Source of the DNA: Puia sp.
GTDB taxonomy: Bacteria; Bacteroidota; Bacteroidia; Chitinophagales; Chitinophagaceae
Assembly (NCBI GenBank): GCA_035548895.1
Contig: DASZRP010000254.1
Coordinates: 68-64,067 of the forward strand
Length of the DNA stretch: 64,000 bases
Direction of reading: 5' to 3'
Numbering within the stretch: position 1 is the first letter of the stretch; every line of letters starts with the position of its first letter. The translations under genes and the position numbers were made by a program. The notes under the pieces are model-generated. The model did not search any database. It was not told where the DNA came from and saw only the letters and a program-made list of their open reading frames with translations. This document shows positions 11,152 through 20,857 of the stretch, in pieces.

Positions 11152-11853
11152 ATGACTGAATTCAGACCAGGGCGGTTTCAGATGATCCCGCCTGTTATCA
11201 AGAACCTGATCATTATTAACGTACTTGTCTTTTTTGCACAGCAAGTTTTTGAACACAATCCCAATTTCAGTATCGAAAACCTTTTTGCGCTTCACGATGT
11301 TCGGTCGGTGTACTTCAGGCCGCACCAGATCGTTACCTATATGTTCCTTCATGGAAATTTCCCGCATATTTTCTGGAATATGCTTATCCTTTGGATGTTT
11401 GGGAGTATCCTCGAGAACTTTTGGGGCTCGAAACGATTCCTGATTTTTTATGTGGTTTGTGGCATAGGGGCCGCCGTGCTGCACCTTATCGTGCTACATC
11501 ATGAACTCACCCCTTACTGGGAGCAACTGGCGAACTATCCCATTCACGACCAGGAAATCGCAAAATACAGTGATCCCATGCTGAATTCCGCCACACTTGG
11601 CGCTTCCGGAGCAATTTTTGGCTGTATGGTCGCTTTTGGCTATTTATTCCCAAATAGCCTGATCTATCTGTACTTTTTCGTTCCCATAAAAGCAAAATGG
11701 GCGGTCCTGGGATATGTTTTGATCGAATTATTTCTTGGCATCCGCAATACAGCTGGCGACAATGTGGCGCACTGGGCGCATTTGGGCGGAGGCCTGGTCG
11801 GCCTGCTCCTCGTCTTCTACTGGCGAAAATTCGACCGCCGGAATTTTTATTGA
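11152..11853 (+). CDS. Rhomboid intramembrane serine protease (catalytically intact)
   Basis: TYMFLH..HIFWNM, catalytic GASG and AHWAHLGG. Confidence 0.92.
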   Translation: MTEFRPGRFQMIPPVIKNLIIINVLVFFAQQVFEHNPNFSIENLFALHDVRSVYFRPHQIVTYMFLHGNFPHIFWNMLILWMFGSILENFWGSKRFLIFYVVCGIGAAVLHLIVLHHELTPYWEQLANYPIHDQEIAKYSDPMLNSATLGASGAIFGCMVAFGYLFPNSLIYLYFFVPIKAKWAVLGYVLIELFLGIRNTAGDNVAHWAHLGGGLVGLLLVFYWRKFDRRNFY

Positions 11854-11927
11854 ACCCATTGCATTGCCAAACTGTTAATTATAAGGTTTTAGCCTTATCA
11901 ATGGCGTAATATTGCAGATCTGCCGCT

Positions 11928-12854
11928 ATGAACGTGAAAGAAGACAATTACCGGAAACGCATGCACCTGGGTCAGGATGGAAACGCCCTAATGCATCTCC
12001 TGGTGGCGAACGCCGTCCTTTTTGTTATTCTGAAATTCGTCTATGTCGTTTACCAGGTCTCTAATACCGGAGTCGATAATTATTACAGTCACGTTTATAA
12101 CTGGTTCGCCCTCCCGGCTTCTCCGGCAAAACTGGCCACCAGGCCCTGGACGGCGATCACCTATATGTTCACTGATCATGAACTGTTCCGTTTTATTTCA
12201 AATATGTTCTGGCTCTGGAGCTTTGGCTATATCCTGCAAGATTTAACCGGCAACCGGAAGCTCATCACCATCTATCTCTACGGAGGCCTTGCCGGCGCCC
12301 TGCTTTTCATCCTCTCCTACCTGGTTTTCCCGGGCTTGGCCGCACAGGCAGATACCGATATTTTTTCCGGCGCTAACTGCGCCATTGCCGCGTTGGCCAT
12401 TGCCACAACCACCGTTTCGCCGGATTACCGCATTTTCCCAATGATCAGCGGAGGTATTCCTCTCTGGGTACTCACGCTTGTTTTTCTGGTCATCAATTTT
12501 TCCAGCATCGGCTATGGGCAGTCGGGCGTTTACCTCGCCAATGCGGGCGCGGCAGGCGTCGGGTTTTTATTTGTCTACCAGCTGCGGCGGGGGCGTGACG
12601 GGAGTATCTGGCTGAACCGGTTCTTCGACTGGCTAAACGGTTTATTTGACCCGGAGAGAAAGAAAAAACCGGTTTCCAGAAAGGATGAATTTTACTACAA
12701 TGTATCGGGCACCCAGCCTTATAAAAAGATCCCGAATATCACCCAGAAGCGGATCGACGAGATCCTGGACAAGATCAACCAGCAGGGTTATCGTTTCCTG
12801 ACAAACGAAGAAAAAGACATTCTAAAGCGGGCTGCAGAGGAAGAAGATTTGTAA
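11928..12854 (+). CDS. Rhomboid-fold membrane protein with C-terminal DUF6576-like domain; probable pseudoprotease
   Basis: RPWTAITYMF and NM..LW.FG rhomboid features, but GANC replaces GASG and ANAG replaces AHLGG. C-terminal IDEILDKI..GY..LT.EEK.IL domain. Confidence 0.8.
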   Translation: MNVKEDNYRKRMHLGQDGNALMHLLVANAVLFVILKFVYVVYQVSNTGVDNYYSHVYNWFALPASPAKLATRPWTAITYMFTDHELFRFISNMFWLWSFGYILQDLTGNRKLITIYLYGGLAGALLFILSYLVFPGLAAQADTDIFSGANCAIAALAIATTTVSPDYRIFPMISGGIPLWVLTLVFLVINFSSIGYGQSGVYLANAGAAGVGFLFVYQLRRGRDGSIWLNRFFDWLNGLFDPERKKKPVSRKDEFYYNVSGTQPYKKIPNITQKRIDEILDKINQQGYRFLTNEEKDILKRAAEEEDL

Positions 12855-12865
12855 CTTAGTTTTCC

Positions 12866-13996
12866 ATGCTACCGTTGCGGAAATTTGCAAAACACCTTTT
12901 CCTTGTACTGAATTTTCTGGTTGCGATCCTGTTCCTGCTTTCCTGCTGCAATGCCTTTCTGCACCCTGACAAATGGTGGTTTATTTCTTTGCTTTCCTTC
13001 TTCTTTCCCCTGTTCCTTGTCTTGCTGCTGCTCTTTGCCTTGATCTGGCTCTTTATCTCGAAAAGATGGATGCTGTTTCCGTTAGGCTGCCTCCTGCTTG
13101 GCTGGGCTAATATCCATGCCCTTTTCGGGTTGAGCCTGTCAGGCAATGATTTCTCCCATAAGCCTGATCATAGTATCCGGCTGATGACCTGGAATGTCAG
13201 GGCCTGGGATGATTTCACCACGCGCAAAAAAGGCGCATCGGGTCACCGGCCGAAAATGCTGCGCCTGATCGATCAGCAGCAGGCCGACATTCTATGCTTC
13301 CAGGAGTTCCTGGAACCAACCGATTCCCTTCAATCCAATATCCGCTACATCCGCGACAGCCTGCACTTTCCTTATTATTTTTTTTCCCACGATAGCCGGA
13401 ACTACCGCGGGAAGTATGAAACCGGCGCGATTATCTTTTCCCGCTATCCTATTCTACACAGCGAACGCCATTCCATTTCGGTAGACAACAAAAGCCATGA
13501 AAGCCTGATCGAAGCAGATATTGACGTGAATGGGAAAATCATGCGCGTATATACAACGCACCTCCAGTCGGTTCTTTTCAAGCCGAAGGATTTCCGCGAT
13601 GTAGAGATCGTCCGTACCGGGCAAGACAGCTTATTCCCTGCTTCTAAATCGCTTGCAAAAAAATTGCGGTATGCATTAAGCCTTCGGGGTTATCAGGCGG
13701 ACACGGTTAGAAAATACCTGGATAAATGTCCCTACCCTTCGGTGATATGCGGCGATTTCAACGATGTGCCCAACTCTTATGCTTATTTCCATATCAAGAA
13801 CAACCGGCAGGATGCTTTTATCATGAAGAATTTCGGGATTGGAAGGACCTACGTCCACATCTCACCCACCTTGCGCATCGATTATATACTTGTTTCCAAT
13901 GAAATCGGCGTGCTGCAATCGGAAAGAATGGTCACCCCTTATTCCGATCATCATCCGGTGCTGGCCGACCTTCAGCTTTCCGGCAGGAACAGATAA
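12866..13996 (+). CDS. Endonuclease/exonuclease/phosphatase family membrane protein
   Basis: Three N-terminal TM helices; TWNV, CFQE, THLQS, GDFN, IDY and SDH motifs. Confidence 0.88.
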   Translation: MLPLRKFAKHLFLVLNFLVAILFLLSCCNAFLHPDKWWFISLLSFFFPLFLVLLLLFALIWLFISKRWMLFPLGCLLLGWANIHALFGLSLSGNDFSHKPDHSIRLMTWNVRAWDDFTTRKKGASGHRPKMLRLIDQQQADILCFQEFLEPTDSLQSNIRYIRDSLHFPYYFFSHDSRNYRGKYETGAIIFSRYPILHSERHSISVDNKSHESLIEADIDVNGKIMRVYTTHLQSVLFKPKDFRDVEIVRTGQDSLFPASKSLAKKLRYALSLRGYQADTVRKYLDKCPYPSVICGDFNDVPNSYAYFHIKNNRQDAFIMKNFGIGRTYVHISPTLRIDYILVSNEIGVLQSERMVTPYSDHHPVLADLQLSGRNR

Positions 13997-14002
13997 ATGG
14001 TT

Positions 14003-14010
14003 TATATTTG
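14003..14010 (+). promoter_or_regulatory. -7 box (TATATTTG) for cysS
   Basis: TAnnTTTG 9 nt before ATG 14020. Confidence 0.55.
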
Positions 14011-14019
14011 GGCGAAGGC

Positions 14020-15510
14020 ATGAGTACGTTGAAAGTCTATAATTCCTACAGCAGACAGAAAGAAGAATTTATTCCGCAAACACCTGGTCATGTCGGCATG
14101 TATGTGTGCGGACCGACGGTAAGCGGAGAGAGCCATCTGGGTCACGCCCGTGGCTTTATCACTTTTGATGTCATTTACCGTTACCTGCTTTCGCTTGGAT
14201 ACAAAGTGCGTTATGTACGCAATATTACCGACGCGGGGCATTTTGAAGAAGAAGGCCGGGCGGCTGAAGACAAGATCTCGAAGAAGGCCGTTCTCGAAAA
14301 ACTCGAGCCCATGGAGTTGGTTCAGAAATACACCAACCTCTTCCACTGGGCCATGCGCGAATTCAATAATCTCGATCCCAGCATTGAACCTACCGCCACC
14401 GGGCATATCGTGGAGCAGATCGGCATGATCAAAAAGATCATGGAAGCCGGATATGCTTATGAGGTGAACGGTTCCGTTTATTTCGATGTCAAAAAATATG
14501 CGGAAAAATATCCTTACGGAAAGCTCAGTGGACGCCGCATCGACGATCTGCTCGAGACCACGCGCGATTTAGAGAACCAGGAGGAAAAACACAATCGCCA
14601 GGACTTTGCACTCTGGAAGCTGGCGCCCCCTGATCATATCATGCGGTGGCCAAGTCCCTGGGGAGAAGGATTTCCCGGCTGGCATATTGAATGCTCGGCG
14701 ATGAGCACCAAATACCTGGGCCCGCGGTTCGACATTCATGGCGGAGGAATGGACCTGCTGTTCCCGCATCACGAAAGCGAGATTGCCCAGAGCACGATCT
14801 GCAATCATGAAATGCCGGCCCGGTACTGGCTGCACAATAACATGATCACGATCAACGGGAAGAAAATGGGCAAGAGCTATAACAACGTGATCACGCTCAC
14901 GGATATGTTCACCGGCAGCAGCCCCCTGCTCGAACAGGCCTATCACCCGATGACCATCCGGTTCTTCATCTTACAGACCCACTATCGCAGCACGCTCGAT
15001 TTTGGAAACGAAGCGCTGCAGGCAGCGGAGAAAGGATTGAAGCGGCTGTGGGAAGCTTATAAGGAACTGCAGAAAATGAATTTCGATCCGGCTAAAGAGA
15101 TCAACCCGCGCATCGAGGAGCAATTCAATTCCCTCTGCCGGGAATTCGACGAGTTCATGGACGATGATTTCAATACCGCGAAAGTACTGGCCAATATGTT
15201 CACCCTGGTGAACCATATCAACGCGTTCCGGAGCGGGGAGCTGGAGAAGAACACACTCTCGGCCTCCACACTCGAGTTCACCCGTAATCAATTTAAAAAA
15301 TACCTGGAAGACGTGATGGGATTGAAAGAGATCGCCGGGCAGGATTCCGCCAAATTAAACGGCATTATGGACCTCCTGATCGATATCCGCCGCGAGGCCA
15401 GGGCAAAAAAGGATTACCAGACTTCCGACCGCATCCGTAAACAGCTGACGGAAATGGGGATCCTGCTCAAGGACGAAAAAGATGGGCGCGTCAGTTTCAC
15501 CCTGGAATAA
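14020..15510 (+). CDS. cysS: Cysteine--tRNA ligase
   Basis: [12 protein letters not shown] (HIGH), [27 protein letters not shown]. Confidence 0.96.
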   Translation: MSTLKVYNSYSRQKEEFIPQTPGHVGMYVCGPTVSGESHLGHARGFITFDVIYRYLLSLGYKVRYVRNITDAGHFEEEGRAAEDKISKKAVLEKLEPMELVQKYTNLFHWAMREFNNLDPSIEPTATGHIVEQIGMIKKIMEAGYAYEVNGSVYFDVKKYAEKYPYGKLSGRRIDDLLETTRDLENQEEKHNRQDFALWKLAPPDHIMRWPSPWGEGFPGWHIECSAMSTKYLGPRFDIHGGGMDLLFPHHESEIAQSTICNHEMPARYWLHNNMITINGKKMGKSYNNVITLTDMFTGSSPLLEQAYHPMTIRFFILQTHYRSTLDFGNEALQAAEKGLKRLWEAYKELQKMNFDPAKEINPRIEEQFNSLCREFDEFMDDDFNTAKVLANMFTLVNHINAFRSGELEKNTLSASTLEFTRNQFKKYLEDVMGLKEIAGQDSAKLNGIMDLLIDIRREARAKKDYQTSDRIRKQLTEMGILLKDEKDGRVSFTLE

Positions 15511-15593
15511 AAAATCTTCATCCCGGCATACCATAATTGAATTCTATTCGTATTGCAAGTCGGGCAGCCGGCCTGCCCGCATAAAATCCGGAC

Positions 15594-16550
15594 ATGCTTA
15601 GACATTTTAGCAAATTTCCCGCGCTAATTCTGCTGATTGCAGGCGCTGCCCTCCTGAACTGGGACTGCAGCAAGAAAAATATAAGCTCGATCGATTACAA
15701 AACCGCCACCATTTCATACGTGCTGAGCACAGGAGCGAACACAACTTATTTTGAAAATGCCGTACATATCGCCGGTCTGGATTCCGTGTTCAACGGCGCC
15801 GGACCTTTTACTGTATTCGTACCCAACGATCAGGCATTTGAAGCTTCCGGTATCAGCATGACCGATCTGAATGCTTACAGCATGGACCAGGCGCGACAAC
15901 TCGTCCTTTACCATACCGTGGCCGGCCTGGCGCTGAATTCATCGGAATTTATCGGTAAAAATGAATCGAAACTGGTAACCGCCAACGGCGACTCGATTTT
16001 CATTACGGCCGACTCCAACCGGATGTTTGTAAACGGCATGCTGGTTACCGCTTCCGACGTAGCCGCGGCAAACGGGGTGATGAATGCCATGCCGGGCGTG
16101 CTGCAGGCGCCTGTCAGTAACCTGTTGGAAACTATTCAGGCCGATACCTCCTTCAGTTTTCTCTGCAATGCCATTTCCCTTGCATCCGCAAACCCGGACA
16201 GTGTCAGCCACCTGTTTTCCTGGGATGGCCCTTTCACTTTTCTTGCGCCGGATAACGATGCGTTTCGAAGCCTCGGATATAATATGCCCCAGGACCTGGA
16301 TACCCTAAACCCCGACTCGCTTCGTTTAATGATCCTCTCGCAAGTGATACCGCAGCGTTTATTTTCCTGCGATATACCCGACAGCAGCTCCTTCCAAACC
16401 GTAAGCGACAGCACGCTTAATTTTACCTCTACCGGTATTTCGTTGCAGGCACAGTTGGCAGGACATAGCCCCGTGGCCAACCTGGTCTCCGACGCCCGGA
16501 TGGCAACCAACGGCGTACTCTTCAAAGTGGATGAAATATTGCTGCCCTAA
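15594..16550 (+). CDS. Tandem fasciclin (FAS1) domain lipoprotein
   Basis: Hydrophobic leader ending in Cys (NWDC); two FAS1 repeats (GPFTVFVPNDQAF...NGVM and GPFTFLAPDNDAF...TNGVLFKVD). Confidence 0.85.
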   Translation: MLRHFSKFPALILLIAGAALLNWDCSKKNISSIDYKTATISYVLSTGANTTYFENAVHIAGLDSVFNGAGPFTVFVPNDQAFEASGISMTDLNAYSMDQARQLVLYHTVAGLALNSSEFIGKNESKLVTANGDSIFITADSNRMFVNGMLVTASDVAAANGVMNAMPGVLQAPVSNLLETIQADTSFSFLCNAISLASANPDSVSHLFSWDGPFTFLAPDNDAFRSLGYNMPQDLDTLNPDSLRLMILSQVIPQRLFSCDIPDSSSFQTVSDSTLNFTSTGISLQAQLAGHSPVANLVSDARMATNGVLFKVDEILLP

Positions 16551-16567
16551 ATGAATTAATTTGGAGG

Positions 16568-17185
16568 ATGCAAAAAGTATCTCCTTACTATCAACATCTC
16601 TCAAAAGATAAAAAGCTCTCAAAGCTGTTATCGAAGCATGAACCTTTTGAACTGACGATGCGGAGTCCGATCTATTTATATCTGTGCTATTCGATCATGA
16701 GTCAGCAGCTTTCCACGAAGGTGGCTACGGTGATCAAACAACGTTTTACCAAATTGTATAAGGGGAAACCTACTCCGAAAAAAATACTGGACACGCCGGT
16801 AGAGACCCTGCGGTCTATTGGCTTGTCGAATGCGAAAGCAAACTACGTCCACAATGTGGCGCAATTCGCTTTGGAAAATGGCATGGATCATAAAACGCTC
16901 GGGAAAATGAACAACGAAGAATTGATCGAGCATGTCACCCGGATCAAGGGCGTTGGACGATGGACTGCCGAAATGCTGATGATGTTCACGCTTGGAAGGG
17001 AAGATATTTTTTCACCGGACGATCTCGGCATTCAGCAAGCCATGATCAACATCTATAAACTCGATGGCGCCGACCGGAAAAAGCTGAGGGAGGAGATGCT
17101 CAGGATTTCATCGAAGTGGACGCCTTACCGGACCTATGCCTGTCTGCACCTCTGGCACCATAAGGATAATTCCCCTTTATCTTAG
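16568..17185 (+). CDS. DNA-3-methyladenine glycosylase II (AlkA/HhH-GPD family)
   Basis: IMSQQLS, HhH IKGVGRWTAEM, catalytic DD.G, W.PYRTYA. Confidence 0.9.
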   Translation: MQKVSPYYQHLSKDKKLSKLLSKHEPFELTMRSPIYLYLCYSIMSQQLSTKVATVIKQRFTKLYKGKPTPKKILDTPVETLRSIGLSNAKANYVHNVAQFALENGMDHKTLGKMNNEELIEHVTRIKGVGRWTAEMLMMFTLGREDIFSPDDLGIQQAMINIYKLDGADRKKLREEMLRISSKWTPYRTYACLHLWHHKDNSPLS

Positions 17186-17311
17186 AACAAGGCAACCCAA
17201 TAACAACCTTCCCGTATCATTAGAAGAACCCGGTAAAATGCCGGGAAAAAACTTCTGCCACAATTAAACTATCTTGCAGCCAACAATCCCGGATAACTTA
17301 AAAACACATAT

Positions 17312-17818
17312 ATGAAAAATAGTAAATGGATTTTGATCCTGAGCGCTGTTCTGATGGTTGCGATGATTAGTTGCCAGAAGGGAGATACCGGCCCCGCCGG
17401 CCCCCAGGGCCCCGCCGGCCCCGACAGCGTGGTCTACTCACAATGGATTCTGTTATCGCCGACTTTCGATGACAACGATACACTTTTTCTTGATACGGTT
17501 AATGCGCCTTCCATCACTCAGGGCATCCTGGACAGCGGGATCGTGCTCTCTTATGTCAATATCGGCTCGAGCTCAGCACCCGATATCGTAGCCACTTCCT
17601 CTATAAATTATGTTGTCCTTTTTGAAGAATTCACGGTAGGAAAAATCTATTTGACCATAAGTCCATACGACGATCTTAGCGATATGCCTTACCGGTATGT
17701 TACGATACCCGGCTCTAAAATAGAAGGCAACCGGACAACGGGTAGCGTAAACGGATATACGATACAGGAATTGAAAAAGCTGCCGTACGAGCAGGCGCAG
17801 AAAATCGTCAGCAACTAA
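17312..17818 (+). CDS. Hypothetical lipoprotein with a short collagen-like (Gly-X-Y) stretch
   Basis: Lipobox MISC followed by KGDTGPAGPQGPAGP, encoded partly by an 18-bp tandem repeat. Confidence 0.75.
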   Translation: MKNSKWILILSAVLMVAMISCQKGDTGPAGPQGPAGPDSVVYSQWILLSPTFDDNDTLFLDTVNAPSITQGILDSGIVLSYVNIGSSSAPDIVATSSINYVVLFEEFTVGKIYLTISPYDDLSDMPYRYVTIPGSKIEGNRTTGSVNGYTIQELKKLPYEQAQKIVSN

Positions 17819-17837
17819 AACAGACTTTTGCATATAC

Positions 17838-17877
17838 ACAAAAAACGATTCCCGCGCAGGCAGGAATCGTTTTTTGT
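17838..17877. terminator. Bidirectional intrinsic terminator
   Basis: ACAAAAAACGATTCC-loop-GGAATCGTTTTTTGT between convergent genes, with A and T tracts on both sides. Confidence 0.85.
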
Positions 17878-17935
17878 TGTCGTACATGAATGAACCGGAA
17901 TAAGGGAAAATGTTCTTTCCTGAAGAACAGCAGTT

Positions 17936-18688
17936 TTATTCATGAAGCCCTTTGGTTCCGATGGCAATTATAGAAAGTCCCAGTAGATGCCCGGTTGACC
18001 AGTCTAAGAAGCGAAAGAAAGGGACAAGCCGGTCGAAAATTTTCAGCTGTCCTGCCGGTATCTGTTTCCTTTTTAACAGGGAGCCGAAAAACCACCAGCC
18101 GGCAATACCAGCCAGGTTGAAGTAGCGGATAGACCGACAGTTGAAGCCCTGTTCTTCAAGCAGTTTGGAGAGACTATTCCTGTCGTATCTCCGGAAATGA
18201 CTGAGTTCCCGGTCAAATTGATTAAATAACCAGGCTCCTGCCGGCACCAGAACAACAAGACGACCCCCAGGCTTCAAAAGTTTCCTGGCGTTGCGGATAG
18301 CCAGCGCATCCTGCGCGATATGCTCTATTACGTTAAGCGCTACCAGGGTATCAAAGCGCCCCAACAATGACGTTGAGTGAAGTTCAATTTCCGGATCGGA
18401 AAGATCCAGACGATAAGCCTCATGGAAGCACGGATTATCATTGAATTTTTCTTCCAGTATCTTAAGATATTCCGGTCGTATATCGCTCAGGGTAGTATGA
18501 AATCCCTGCTCAAGCAATAGTTCCGAGATGTTTCCGATACCACTTCCGGCCTCCATCACTTCTCCTTTGCAAAAGGGGAGTATCTGGCTGAAGAGCCAGT
18601 CGTTGAACTGATGAGCAGCGGAGAGATGCTCGAGTGTTTCCAATCCGGATGCATCTGAATATGCCTGTTTATCATTTGGACCGTTCAC
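17936..18688 (-). CDS. Class I SAM-dependent methyltransferase
   Basis: EAGSGIG SAM motif, NVIEHI, LKPGG, H.RRY. ATGA overlap with the upstream GT2. Confidence 0.85.
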   Translation of the reverse strand: MNGPNDKQAYSDASGLETLEHLSAAHQFNDWLFSQILPFCKGEVMEAGSGIGNISELLLEQGFHTTLSDIRPEYLKILEEKFNDNPCFHEAYRLDLSDPEIELHSTSLLGRFDTLVALNVIEHIAQDALAIRNARKLLKPGGRLVVLVPAGAWLFNQFDRELSHFRRYDRNSLSKLLEEQGFNCRSIRYFNLAGIAGWWFFGSLLKRKQIPAGQLKIFDRLVPFFRFLDWSTGHLLGLSIIAIGTKGLHE

Positions 18689-19404
18689 CGAAACAGGTTG
18701 TATTTAAAAATGCAATAGATGGAACGAATGCCGTCTGTCCAATTGATCTTCTTTCCTTCTGGATAGGTACGTCCATAATAAGAAATGCCCACTTCGTAAA
18801 TCCGGATTCCGGGAATTCGGGCAAGCCTGGCGGTGATCTCAGGCTCAAAGCCAAATCCTTTTTCTTTAAGCGCCATCCCGCGAATAAGAGATGTTTTGCA
18901 AAGCTTGTACCCCGTTTCCATATCCGTCAGGTTGAGGTTGGTGAGCATATTGCTCAGCGTGGTCAATAATTTATTCCCGATGGAGTGCCAGAAGAAAAGC
19001 GCCCTGTGTGCGCTGCTTCCGCGGAACCGGGATCCAAAAACCACATCGGCGGATCCACGCAGGACCGGACGGATCATCTCGTTATACTCTTCGGGATCAT
19101 ACTCTAAGTCCGCGTCCTGAATGATAACGTATTCACCGGTGGCCATGGCGAGGCCGGAGCGGATAGCAGCCCCCTTGCCGAGATTAACATCATGCTTCAG
19201 ATAATAAAACCGCAGGGAGGGATGGCTAAAGATGAACCGGTTTACAATCTCCGCCGTATTGTCGGTGGAACAATCGTCCACCACGATCACCTCTTTTTCA
19301 ATGCCACGATTAAGCCGGACTATTTCGATCCTTTCGAGGAGCTGATCAATGGTTTGTCCTTCGTTATATGCCGGTATGATAATCGAAAGACAAGTAAACT
19401 GCAT
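18685..19404 (-). CDS. Family 2 glycosyltransferase (polyprenol-phosphate glycosyltransferase/DPM1-like)
   Basis: IIIPAYNE, VDDCSTD, NLGKGAA, QDADLEY, GSRF, TDMETGYK. Confidence 0.9.
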   Translation of the reverse strand: MQFTCLSIIIPAYNEGQTIDQLLERIEIVRLNRGIEKEVIVVDDCSTDNTAEIVNRFIFSHPSLRFYYLKHDVNLGKGAAIRSGLAMATGEYVIIQDADLEYDPEEYNEMIRPVLRGSADVVFGSRFRGSSAHRALFFWHSIGNKLLTTLSNMLTNLNLTDMETGYKLCKTSLIRGMALKEKGFGFEPEITARLARIPGIRIYEVGISYYGRTYPEGKKINWTDGIRSIYCIFKYNLFR

Positions 19405-19427
19405 CCCGTAAAATAACCCTAAACTTC

Positions 19428-19979
19428 TTACTTTTTGCTTTCCTCATCATATTTTTTCTGAGCTGCCTGCGCCTTCTTGAAATCGAGCACGACCCCGTTT
19501 ATACAAAACCGCAAGCCGGTTGGAGGCGGCCCGTCGTTGAACACATGGCCCAGATGCGATTTGCATTTCCCGCACATCACTTCCGTGCGCTGCATGCCAT
19601 AGGAATCATCCTCGGCATAAATGATGCTGGTCTTGCTGATGGGCTCATAAAAACTCGGCCAGCCGCAACCGCTTTCAAACTTGGTATTGCTTTTGAACAG
19701 CGGGTTCCCGCAAACCGCGCAGTAATAGGTTCCCACCTCATCGAACTGCTCGTATTTGCTGGAATAAGCCCTTTCGGTCCCTTTCTGCCTGGCCACATAA
19801 TATACGTCTGCCGGAAGAATCTTTTTCCATTCCGAATCGGTTCGGTTCACCGATGAATTGGAACCTGTTTTTGTTTCGTCCATACCCGCGTTTTTAGTTT
19901 TTGAAGTTTGCGAATAACTGCATTCCTGAAGCGAAAATGCCAGCAACAAAATTGCGGAAGATTTAATTATTCTCGTCAT
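19428..19979 (-). CDS. msrB: Exported peptide-methionine (R)-S-oxide reductase
   Basis: N-terminal signal/lipoprotein leader; GTE, two CxxC, SGCGWPSF, HLGHVF.DGP, RFCIN. Confidence 0.93.
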   Translation of the reverse strand: MTRIIKSSAILLLAFSLQECSYSQTSKTKNAGMDETKTGSNSSVNRTDSEWKKILPADVYYVARQKGTERAYSSKYEQFDEVGTYYCAVCGNPLFKSNTKFESGCGWPSFYEPISKTSIIYAEDDSYGMQRTEVMCGKCKSHLGHVFNDGPPPTGLRFCINGVVLDFKKAQAAQKKYDEESKK

Positions 19980-20167
19980 GGCTGCTATTGAATAACAAAA
20001 CTAATTACCGGCAGTTCAGTATATTGTCCCCTTGGCGACAATCCGGTGGCACTCAATTTAATCTATATATAAAAAGGATTAATAATCAAATATTCATCAA
20101 GGAAAGGCCGGTTTTGTTAAAGGATTTCTAAGAATGCTGTATTATATTTGTCCCTAAGCTATTCGTT

Positions 20168-20755
20168 ATGTTCAATCTGATTCTTTTTGGCCCTCCGGGC
20201 AGTGGAAAAGGCACCCAATCCGAACGGCTCATCGACCGGTTTGGCCTGAAGCATCTCAGCACGGGCGACATTCTGCGGAGCGAGATCAGGCAGGGAACGA
20301 AACTGGGACTGGAAGCCAAAAGTCTGATGGACGCCGGGCAGCTCGTTCCGGACGCGGTAGTAATCGGCATGATCCGTTCGGCCCTCGATAATAACCCTGA
20401 TGCCAAAGGCTTTTTATTCGATGGGTTCCCCCGCACCACTGCTCAGGCCGAGGCGCTTGACCGCCTGCTGAAAGAGAAAGGCACGACCATTCACGTGGTG
20501 TTAGCCCTGCAGGTATCCAAGGATGAGCTCGTAAAAAGACTGCTGAACCGTGGGCTTACTTCGGGAAGAACCGACGATGTGGACGAATCGGTCATCAGCT
20601 CCCGCATTGAAGAATATGAAAGAAAGACTACTCCGGTGGCCGATCATTATAAGCAGCAGAACAAGGTCGTCTACATTCCCGGAGAGGGTTCCGTGGAAGA
20701 TATTTTCTCCAGGCTCTGCAACGAGATCGACAGGCGTCTGACCCAAAACGCCTGA
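20168..20755 (+). CDS. adk: Adenylate kinase (short form, no large LID)
   Basis: GPPGSGKGT, HLSTGDILR, DGFPR, GR.DD. TATATTTG -7 box at 20143-20150. Confidence 0.95.
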   Translation: MFNLILFGPPGSGKGTQSERLIDRFGLKHLSTGDILRSEIRQGTKLGLEAKSLMDAGQLVPDAVVIGMIRSALDNNPDAKGFLFDGFPRTTAQAEALDRLLKEKGTTIHVVLALQVSKDELVKRLLNRGLTSGRTDDVDESVISSRIEEYERKTTPVADHYKQQNKVVYIPGEGSVEDIFSRLCNEIDRRLTQNA

Positions 20756-20758
20756 GCC

Positions 20759-20816
20759 CGGTTCATCCGTTCCAATTAAAAAACTGAACTCAATCAGTAC
20801 GCAATTGCTGAACCGA
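20759..20816 (+). repeat. Small palindromic repeat, family 2, copy after the adk stop
   Basis: CGGTTCATCCGT...AAAACTGAACT...CTGAACCGA. The same blocks recur at 40049-40087 on the minus strand. Confidence 0.65.
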
Positions 20817-20857
20817 AAGGGCTCCCGCAAATAAGACAGTTGCGCGCTTCAGTAAAA

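Noticed and set aside
17390-17424. GGCCCCGCCGGCCCC tandem repeat as a possible CRISPR or phase-variable tract
   Set aside because: Only two in-frame 18-bp units, encoding collagen-like Gly-Pro-X.
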